DNA of 64,000 bases from Acidobacteriota bacterium (GTDB taxonomy: Bacteria; Acidobacteriota; UBA6911), in the NCBI GenBank assembly GCA_963664705.1, contig OY761556.1, positions 6,272,001-6,336,000 on the forward strand, read 5' to 3'. Shown piece by piece: positions 56,543 through 64,000 of the stretch; position 1 is the first letter of the stretch; each line of letters opens with the position of its first letter. The position numbers were made by a program, and so were the translations under genes. A model generated the notes under the pieces. It ran no database searches. It was not told the origin of the DNA and saw only the letters and a list, made by a program, of their open reading frames with translations.

Positions 56543-57103
56543 ATGGGAAGGATCGAAGAACTGGCCACTCGATACCGCGGACACATCGCCGCACCATGGC
56601 AACGTAACCTCGCTGGAGATCAGAAGGCAATTTTTGTAGTGTATCCGAAAGCAGATGAGCGAAAGCTGCGAGCGCGGATGGAGCTTTTCGAAATGGCCAC
56701 TACATCAGCCGGGCACCGCTGGCGGCCACTTGATCTGACCGGCACCTTTGCGCGATGGATGGCTGAAACCACATACCGCGATATCTACTTCGAGGAACCG
56801 GAAACGCTGTCGATGAAGCTGCGCAGTGACTTTGTGCAGTACGCGGCTGGTAGGCTTCGCGAGGCGTTAACGGCTGAGGGGGTAGATGATGATACCGTAG
56901 TGGCAGTACAGGGCGTCGCAGGCCTCTTCGGCTTCACCCGTGTTTCGCTGGTGCTCAAGGAAGTGGTGAAGGACATTCGTGGCCGGCTGGTAGTGTTTTT
57001 CCCCGGCGAGTATGAGGACAACATCTATCGACTGTTGGATGCACGTGACGGCTGGAACTATCTGGCTGTGCCGATCACGCTCCATAACGGGGTGCACGAC
57101 TGA
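56543..57103 (+). CDS. brxB: BREX BrxB (DUF1788)
   Basis: FVVYP..E, LVVFFPGEY, YRLLD, NYLA. Confidence 0.85.
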   Translation: MGRIEELATRYRGHIAAPWQRNLAGDQKAIFVVYPKADERKLRARMELFEMATTSAGHRWRPLDLTGTFARWMAETTYRDIYFEEPETLSMKLRSDFVQYAAGRLREALTAEGVDDDTVVAVQGVAGLFGFTRVSLVLKEVVKDIRGRLVVFFPGEYEDNIYRLLDARDGWNYLAVPITLHNGVHD

Positions 57104-60100
57104 TGAAAAACAAACAACTATTCCAACGAGATCCCGCTGTATCCAAGCTGTTGAATGACGGAGTTGCTGCTGTACGCGAAGCAGCGAGTGCCAAGGAAAT
57201 CGAGACGCTCCGGTATGAGCTTGAGCACTTTGTGTGCGAAGGCCAGTACGAGGATGGCTTGGTTCGCATACTGGAATCCTATCTCGGGAATGTTAGCTCG
57301 ACGACACAGCCGGCAGCATGGGTAAGCGGTTTTTACGGCAGTGGAAAATCTCATTTGCTCAAGATGTTTCGCCATTTATGGGTAGATTCTCGTTTCGACG
57401 ACGGTTCGACAGCCCGTGGTTTAGCGCGGCTCCCTCAGGAAGTTCAGGATCTGCTGCGCGAACTTGACACGCTAGGCAAGCGCAGCGGCGGCTTGCACGC
57501 AGCGTCGGGGACACTTCCCTCAGGCGGAGGCGAGAGCGTTCGACTAGCCGTGTTGAGTATCGTTTTTTCTTCCAAAAACCTGCCGGAAGCACTGCCGCAG
57601 GCACAGTTCTGTATGTGGCTCCAGAAGAATAACTTCCTCGACAGTGTGAAGTCGGCAGTAAAAGCTGCAGGCAAGGAATTTTATAGTGAACTGCACGACC
57701 TTTACGTCAGTCCGATTCTTGCCCAAGCCGTTCTCGATGCCGATCCCAGCTTCGCTGCCGACCTTAAAACGGCTCGCGCTGCGCTGCGAACTCAATTCCC
57801 AGTGGTCGAAGATATTTCAACAACTGAGTTTATCCGGATGGCCCGCGAGGTGCTCTCGGTTGATGGCCAAATTCCCTGCAGTGTTATTGTGCTGGATGAA
57901 ATCCAGCTTTTCATTGCCGGCGATCCGGTGCGGTCCACGGACGTACAGGAAGTAGCAGAGGCACTGTGCAAGCAACTTGATAGTCGGGTACTCCTGATCG
58001 GAGCCGGGCAACAGGCGCTGGCGGCGCAGGACCAGTTGCTTCAACGTCTCACTGGCCGATTCACTATACCGGTGGAATTGTCTGATTCCGATGTAGAAAC
58101 AGTTACTCGACGCGTGGTGCTTTCGAAAAAGGCAGACAAAAAGAAGGCTATTGAGGATACGATGAATGCCCATGCTGGTGAAATTAACCGCCAGCTTGTC
58201 GGTACACGCATCGCCGCATGTGCGGAAGACCGCGATATAGTTGTGGATGATTACCCATTATTGCCAGTTCGCAGGCGATTCTGGGAGCATGTACTACGCG
58301 CAGTGGATGTACCCGGTACGGCAAGTCAGCTTCGTACACAACTGAAGATTGTCCATGAGGCAGTGCGGCAGACGGCTGAGGCAGACTTAGGCACCGTAGT
58401 TGCTGCTGATTTCATCTTTGAGCAGATCAGCCCGGACTTACGAAAGACCGGAATCCTGCTCCGTGAAATAGATGAAACGATTCGCAATCTCGATGATGGC
58501 ACGCCCGATGGCCGACTTGCCCAAAGGCTGTGCGGCCTGATTTTCCTGATTCGTAAGCTGCCGCTGGAAGCTGTTGCCGACATTGGCGTCCGTGCGACTC
58601 CAGAGATGCTGGCTGACCTGATGGTAGCTGATTTGGCTAATGATGGGACGGAACTTCGAAAACACATCCCGCGCATCCTCAAGCTTCTTGCAGATCCGCC
58701 GGCCGAATCGGAACGGCCATCTTGGCTACGTAAGGCCATGCAGGACAAAGGTGCGCTGCTGATCGAGATCGAGGGCGAATACAGCCTTCAAACTCGTGAG
58801 AGCAGCGAGTGGGACCGCGAATTCCGCAATCGCCAGACGCGACTGAACAGCGACCTTACTTTTATTACAAGCAAGCGTGGCTCACTCATTAGCGCATGCT
58901 GTGGCGAGTTGCTCAAGAGCATCAAGCTCGCGCAGGGCAAGTGCAAGGAGCCGCGGAAGCTGCTGATACATTTTGGCAGTGAAGCTCCATCGGCTGGTGG
59001 AACAGACATTCCGGTGTGGATCCGCGACGGATGGGGCGAGAAGGCAAGCACTGTTGTGAACGATGCTCGTGCCGCCGGAAGTGATAGCCCTATCATCTAC
59101 ATCTATATTGAAAAGGCGAGTGCCGATGACCTTCAGAAGACGATCGCAGAATATGAAGCCGCGAAATCCACACTAGACTTCAAAGGTACTCCCACCACTC
59201 CCGAAGGGCGCGAGGCTCGTGATGCCATGGCTACACGGATGGCATCAGCCGAAGCGTCTCGTAACCAGATCGTTAAGGATGTTATAGACCGAGCCAAAGT
59301 CTTTCAGGGCGGCGGTGGTGAGCGTTTCGAGTTGAGTCTCACTGCTAAGGTGGAATCGGCTGCGCTGGCATCGCTCGATCGATTATTTCCCAACTTCAAG
59401 AGTGCGGACGACAGCCGCTGGACTAATGTTATCAACCGCGCCAAGAATGGTGATGAAGCAGCTCTATCTGCTGTGGACTGGACTGACGCTCCGGATAAGC
59501 ACCCCGTTTGTGCGGCCGTGCTTTCGGAGATCGGTTCGGGTAAACGTGGCAAAGATATCCGCGACGCTTTCGAAATCAGCCCATACGGTTGGCCCCGTGA
59601 TGCCGTGGATGGCGCACTAATAATGCTGCACACAACCGGGCACATCCGCGCTGTCCATAAGGGGATGACCCTTTCACAGGGGCAGCTCGACCAGGCGAAG
59701 ATTTCCGTTACTGACTTTCGCGCGGAGACAGCCACAATTAATGCCAAGGATAGAATTAAGCTCCGCAAATTATTCCAAACGGCAGGAGTGGACTGCAAAC
59801 CTAACGAGGAAACCGCTAAGGCACCCGTCTTTCTGGCGCGTCTTATTGAACTGGCAGACTCCATTGGCGGTGAGCCGCCAATGCCAGTGCGCCCTGGGAC
59901 TGGGTATCTCGATATGCTCCGCGGTTTTGGTGGTGTTGAGCAATTGGTTGAAATCCTTAAAGCCCACGACATGCTTGCCGAGCAAACGAAGAACTGGGGT
60001 AAGCTCTCCGAACTCGCTGGCAAGCGCAAGCCCGCCTGGGTCATGCTCAATACCCTGCTCAAACACGCCGACGCCATGCCCGGAGCTGATGAACTCCGCA

Positions 60101-60600
60101 AGCAGGCCGATGCCGTGAAGTCGGAGCGCCGATTGCTAGATACCAGTGACCCTGTGCCCGATATCCGCAAAGCCGCAACAGATGCACTTCGCACGGCCGT
60201 AACCGCCGCGCACGGTGAATACGAGAGGTCTTATAACGAACAGATGGTCAGCTTCACAACCAGCGACAACTGGAAGAAGCTCACAGATGTACAGCGAAAG
60301 CAAATTCTCTCGGATGAAGATATAGAAGAGCTACCCGTATTGTCCGTCGGAAGCGAAGCAGATCTTATCCGTGCATTGGATGGAATTGCCCTGCCTAATT
60401 GGAAGACCAAGATTGATGCGCTGCCTCAGCAGTTTGCTCGCGCAGCAATGGCTGCTGCCAGGCTTTTAGAGCCGAAGACGCAGAATGTTCATCTCAAGAG
60501 CGGAACTCTTAAGACCGAAGCAGAGGTCAAAACGTGGCTCATGGAAACTGAGAAAGCATTGATAGAGCGGTTGCAGAGAGGCCCTCTAGTCATTAACTAA
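57103..60600 (+). CDS. brxC: BREX P-loop ATPase BrxC
   Basis: WVSGFYGSGKSH Walker A, VLDEIQ Walker B, GRF...LSD.DVE.V, PYGWP. Confidence 0.92.
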   Translation: MKNKQLFQRDPAVSKLLNDGVAAVREAASAKEIETLRYELEHFVCEGQYEDGLVRILESYLGNVSSTTQPAAWVSGFYGSGKSHLLKMFRHLWVDSRFDDGSTARGLARLPQEVQDLLRELDTLGKRSGGLHAASGTLPSGGGESVRLAVLSIVFSSKNLPEALPQAQFCMWLQKNNFLDSVKSAVKAAGKEFYSELHDLYVSPILAQAVLDADPSFAADLKTARAALRTQFPVVEDISTTEFIRMAREVLSVDGQIPCSVIVLDEIQLFIAGDPVRSTDVQEVAEALCKQLDSRVLLIGAGQQALAAQDQLLQRLTGRFTIPVELSDSDVETVTRRVVLSKKADKKKAIEDTMNAHAGEINRQLVGTRIAACAEDRDIVVDDYPLLPVRRRFWEHVLRAVDVPGTASQLRTQLKIVHEAVRQTAEADLGTVVAADFIFEQISPDLRKTGILLREIDETIRNLDDGTPDGRLAQRLCGLIFLIRKLPLEAVADIGVRATPEMLADLMVADLANDGTELRKHIPRILKLLADPPAESERPSWLRKAMQDKGALLIEIEGEYSLQTRESSEWDREFRNRQTRLNSDLTFITSKRGSLISACCGELLKSIKLAQGKCKEPRKLLIHFGSEAPSAGGTDIPVWIRDGWGEKASTVVNDARAAGSDSPIIYIYIEKASADDLQKTIAEYEAAKSTLDFKGTPTTPEGREARDAMATRMASAEASRNQIVKDVIDRAKVFQGGGGERFELSLTAKVESAALASLDRLFPNFKSADDSRWTNVINRAKNGDEAALSAVDWTDAPDKHPVCAAVLSEIGSGKRGKDIRDAFEISPYGWPRDAVDGALIMLHTTGHIRAVHKGMTLSQGQLDQAKISVTDFRAETATINAKDRIKLRKLFQTAGVDCKPNEETAKAPVFLARLIELADSIGGEPPMPVRPGTGYLDMLRGFGGVEQLVEILKAHDMLAEQTKNWGKLSELAGKRKPAWVMLNTLLKHADAMPGADELRKQADAVKSERRLLDTSDPVPDIRKAATDALRTAVTAAHGEYERSYNEQMVSFTTSDNWKKLTDVQRKQILSDEDIEELPVLSVGSEADLIRALDGIALPNWKTKIDALPQQFARAAMAAARLLEPKTQNVHLKSGTLKTEAEVKTWLMETEKALIERLQRGPLVIN

Positions 60601-60610
60601 TTTTGGAGCA

Positions 60611-61657
60611 GTGCAACTGATGGAGAATAGCCAAAAGAAGATATTCATAAGTCATGCCACTGTGGACAAAGAGCTTGCAGATAAATTGATTGAGCTTCTA
60701 GCTACGGGTTGTGACATAAGCCCCAACGATATCCTTTGCACCTCTGAATCGGGGATGGGTGTCCCCATTGGGAATTCGAATTTCATCGAGTATTTGCAGA
60801 AGCAGATGCAGAATCCGGCTTTGGTCGTTTTACTCTTGAGCCAGAATTATTTTGCTAGTCCATTCTGTTTATGTGAGTTGGGAGCGACTTGGGGACTAAT
60901 GCTTCCGATCTTCCCGTTGGTTGTACCACCAGTTAATAAAGCAAATCTTAAGGCGACTCTGCTAGTTACCCAAGCCGGTTATGTGAACGATGTGGAAAGC
61001 CTTCATGAGCTAAGAGATAGGATAAGAGATGACCTCGGAAAATCAGTTGCTACGGCATCGTGGGATGTAAAGGCTAAAAAATTTGTTAAAACGATAGATT
61101 CTATTATCGATTCCTTGCCAACACCTTCAATGGTCTCTAAGGAAAAAATGACAGCCTTGTCTGAGAAATATGATGAAGCAGTTCAAGTAATCGAAGGCAA
61201 AGAAGATGAGATTGAACAGCTCAGGAAACAGATCAACGATTTGGAAAAACTTAAAGACAAGAAACAGGTGAGATTAGTTCGTCAGAAATACTCAACTAAA
61301 GATGAAGAGTTCTCATTGCTTTGTGAAGAAGCGAGTGCGGCAGTTGAAGCATTGGGCTTGGCAACGCGTATTGCTCTGTTCTATGAACAGCGCAATGAGT
61401 CCTATGTTCCAGATGACATAGAAAATAGAGATGCTGTGAATGGAGCATTGGCAATTCAGGAAATTGACCATAATGAGGGCTATTTTTATCCAAACCATAA
61501 TCACCCTCGTGTCCGCAAGGCGCAGAGTGCTCTTAATGAACTGCAAAAATTTATCGAAAAAAATGGGAAATTCGTTGAGGAGCTTGAGGACGAACACAAC
61601 TTTCCCATGAATACAGGAAATAAAGAATTTTGGCGCAAATATCTATCCAGAATTTGA
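60611..61657 (+). CDS. TIR-domain protein with coiled coil and unknown C-terminal domain
   Basis: KIFISHA..DK, LLSQNYFASPFCLCELGA; alternative start ATG 60620. Confidence 0.85.
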   Translation: MQLMENSQKKIFISHATVDKELADKLIELLATGCDISPNDILCTSESGMGVPIGNSNFIEYLQKQMQNPALVVLLLSQNYFASPFCLCELGATWGLMLPIFPLVVPPVNKANLKATLLVTQAGYVNDVESLHELRDRIRDDLGKSVATASWDVKAKKFVKTIDSIIDSLPTPSMVSKEKMTALSEKYDEAVQVIEGKEDEIEQLRKQINDLEKLKDKKQVRLVRQKYSTKDEEFSLLCEEASAAVEALGLATRIALFYEQRNESYVPDDIENRDAVNGALAIQEIDHNEGYFYPNHNHPRVRKAQSALNELQKFIEKNGKFVEELEDEHNFPMNTGNKEFWRKYLSRI

Positions 61658-61664
61658 GATTTTT

Positions 61665-64000
61665 ATGCCGACACTAGCAAGCGATCTACGGAATAAGTTG
61701 GAACGCGTGGTCATTGAGGGGCGTGAAGCGGCAGAGAAGGGTGCTCGTGCGGCACTCGAAGCACTGGCGATCCACCATCACGAACCATATCTGCACATGA
61801 GTCCAGAGCTTCGCAAATTGCGCAGCCAACTTCGCGCTCGGGCGCGGCAACTTGGTGACCGACAGGATACCGCTGGAAGGATGACAATCGACCACATCGT
61901 CGCTGAGTGCGCTTATGAGCACTGGCACCGTATGCTGTTCGCTCGATTCCTGGCTGAAAACGGACTCTTGATCGAGCCGCATGAGAATATGTCCATCAGC
62001 TTGGCCGAGGCCGAGGAATTGGCAAAGGAAGATGGCGTTGATGTATGGATCTTTGTTTCCCGATGTGCCCAGCGAATGCTGCCGCAGATATTCCGACCGG
62101 ACGATCCGTTGCTTCAAATTTCTTTCGCAATAGAACATTTGCTTAAACTTGAGAATTTATTGGATTCCTTACCTAGTGCTGTCTTCACCGCTTCCGATGC
62201 ACTTGGATGGGTTTACCAGTTTTGGCAGAGTAAAAAGAAAGATCAGGTCAACCGCTCTGAGGTCAAGATCGGCGCGGATGAGATTGCTGCGGTGACGCAG
62301 CTATTCACTGAACCGTACATGGTAAAGTTCCTGCTTGACAACACCCTCGGTGCTTGGTGGGCAGGAAAGAAACTCTCCTTAGAGGAATCAAGCAGTGAGA
62401 AAACAGAAGATGAACTACGTCGCAGACTCTCACTGCCTGGCGTGGACTGGGAATATCTTCGTTTTGTTCGTGACGTGAATGGAGAGAACGAGATGTGGCG
62501 CCCCGCTGCTGGTACATTTGAGGGCTGGCCGAGAGTCACCGCGGAAATAAAAGTACTGGATCCATGTTGTGGATCCGGTCACTTCCTGGTTGCGGCCCTG
62601 CAACATCTCGTGCCGATTCGCATAGCAGAAGAAGGTTTGTCGGCAAGAGACGCGATTGATTCCGTGCTACGCGACAACATCTATGGCCTTGAGATCGATG
62701 AACGGTGTTGCCAAATTTCCGCATTCGCCTTGGCACTCGCCGCTTGGATCTACCCCGGCGCAGGCGGTTATCGAAAGTTGCCTGACCTAAACATCGCGCA
62801 TACCGGCATAGCAGCTGGCGGTACTCGCGACCAGTGGATGCGCATTCTCGAAGGTCATGGCAATCTTGAGCTTCGCTTCTTCTTCGGACAGCTCTATGAC
62901 CTCTTCCTTAAAGCCCCAACACTTGGATCGCTTATCAATCCTAACCGATTCCTTGGCAGCGGCATGCTCAATCGAAAGGGCATGGAAAAACTTCTACAAC
63001 ATCTTAAAAATGCCATGGCCGAAGACCCCAATGCTGGCCCTGAAAAGCATGAGATGGGTATCACCGCCCAGGGTTTAGCCAAAGCTGCTGAATTATTGGC
63101 TGATCGTTATACGTTGGTTGTGACCAATGTGCCGTACCTTGGCAGGGGTAAACAGGATGACATCCTTAGAGCGCACCTTGAGATCCAATATCCTCAGGGG
63201 AAAGCCGACCTTGCTACTGCGTTTATTTTGCGTTGCTTGGAATTTTGCAGTAAAGATGGCTCTATTGTATTGGTTACCCCGATGAACTGGTTTTTCCTCA
63301 CTACATACACCAAACTTCGAGAGGCGCTGCTCTATCATCGAGAATGGAACATTATAGCGCGGCTAGGGCCTGGCGCGTTCGAAACAATAACAGGTCACGT
63401 AGTAAACGTTGCATTGTTTACCCTGTCTGCCGCCACACCTGCTGACGATCACGCGATAGCTGGTTTGGATGTTTCTAGTGTCAAACGGCCTGACGAAAAA
63501 GCGGCTTTGCTTCGCGGGGACCAACCCATCGAGGTCGTCAGCGTTCTCCAATCTGAACAGCTCAAGAATCCCGATGCAGCAATTACCCTGACAACGAGTG
63601 CTGCCCATAGCTACCTCAGTGAATATGCCGATGGTCTTGTCGGAATTCTTAACGGAGACTGCGAGCGCTTTGAGCGAGTTTTCTGGGAAGTACCCGAACG
63701 AAGGCCACGTTGGGAGTTCGAACAATCAACCATTGATAGTACCTGTTTATACGGTGGGCGCCAGAAGATCATCTTGTGGGATAACGGTGATGGGGAATTG
63801 CGTGCGTTTGCTCATGAAGTTCGTGAACGGCTTCATAATGCTGATTACCGCGGCAATGAGGCTTGGGGAAAGCGGGGAGTCGCAGTCAAGCAGATGGGTT
63901 CGCTGCCTGTCACTCTTTATGATGGAGACAAATTTGATACTAATGTAGCAGTCATCCTTCCCAAGGATCATGCCATGTTGCTTCCGATCTGGGCTTTTTG
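61665..64000 (+). CDS. pglX: BREX adenine methyltransferase PglX (runs off window end; absent from ORF track)
   Basis: Manual translation MPTLASDLRNKLE..., LGWVYQFW, VTQLFTEPYMV, VLDPCCGSGHFL, VVTNVPYL. Confidence 0.9.
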   Translation, partial: MPTLASDLRNKLERVVIEGREAAEKGARAALEALAIHHHEPYLHMSPELRKLRSQLRARARQLGDRQDTAGRMTIDHIVAECAYEHWHRMLFARFLAENGLLIEPHENMSISLAEAEELAKEDGVDVWIFVSRCAQRMLPQIFRPDDPLLQISFAIEHLLKLENLLDSLPSAVFTASDALGWVYQFWQSKKKDQVNRSEVKIGADEIAAVTQLFTEPYMVKFLLDNTLGAWWAGKKLSLEESSSEKTEDELRRRLSLPGVDWEYLRFVRDVNGENEMWRPAAGTFEGWPRVTAEIKVLDPCCGSGHFLVAALQHLVPIRIAEEGLSARDAIDSVLRDNIYGLEIDERCCQISAFALALAAWIYPGAGGYRKLPDLNIAHTGIAAGGTRDQWMRILEGHGNLELRFFFGQLYDLFLKAPTLGSLINPNRFLGSGMLNRKGMEKLLQHLKNAMAEDPNAGPEKHEMGITAQGLAKAAELLADRYTLVVTNVPYLGRGKQDDILRAHLEIQYPQGKADLATAFILRCLEFCSKDGSIVLVTPMNWFFLTTYTKLREALLYHREWNIIARLGPGAFETITGHVVNVALFTLSAATPADDHAIAGLDVSSVKRPDEKAALLRGDQPIEVVSVLQSEQLKNPDAAITLTTSAAHSYLSEYADGLVGILNGDCERFERVFWEVPERRPRWEFEQSTIDSTCLYGGRQKIILWDNGDGELRAFAHEVRERLHNADYRGNEAWGKRGVAVKQMGSLPVTLYDGDKFDTNVAVILPKDHAMLLPIWAF

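Larger units (their letters stand above)
44671..64000. mobile_element. Probable tRNA-Met-integrated genomic island (continues past window end)
   Basis: att fragment orientation, arm-like repeats at 44785-44831, AT-richer composition, recombinase and BREX cargo. Confidence 0.65.

Noticed and set aside
59304-60194. 296-aa antisense ORF in brxC (and similar antisense ORFs in the RND, kinase and pglX genes)
   Set aside because: Expected shadow ORFs in GC-rich coding DNA; no recognisable motifs

Overview
Bacterial chromosomal window, GC roughly 55-60%. The gene content (ECF sigma plus Ser/Thr kinase pair, TIGR03118-like protein, long REP-like palindromes) suggests Acidobacteriota; this is an inference. 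1-18.3 kb: two convergent RND efflux clusters. The first follows an OmpR-family two-component system and is bracketed by two ~370-bp REP-composite direct repeats. The second is czcCBA-like. 19-24 kb: a salt-stress pair (membrane-anchored trehalose-6-P synthase and a cation/H+ antiporter), each preceded by a covarying nhaA-I-like riboswitch candidate. 24-32 kb: ECF sigma/anti-sigma, DEAD-box helicase, ECF sigma plus kinase. 32.3-34.7 kb: a REP field holding a decayed IS200/RAYT-type transposase tail and an IS110/IS1111-type element inserted at a CT core inside a REP. The element's downstream non-coding region carries readable target and donor guide segments. 34.7-39.5 kb: two unrelated secreted hydrolases sharing a duplicated ~270-bp leader plus signal-peptide cassette. 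39.9-44.5 kb: defence-island debris (methyltransferase-HNH fusion, NUDIX, truncated helicase start, VRR-NUC, toxin-antitoxin pair). From a tRNA-Met 3' fragment at 44.67 kb (att site) to the window end lies a probable integrated island. It carries (i) an uncharacterised seven-gene operon in which a large HD-type protein and a B12-dependent radical SAM enzyme sit inside a Liv-type ABC transporter, the best candidate for a new system; (ii) a minimal tyrosine recombinase; and (iii) a BREX type 1 locus with a TIR-domain gene inserted between brxC and pglX. All calls come from reading motifs by eye; no searches were run.
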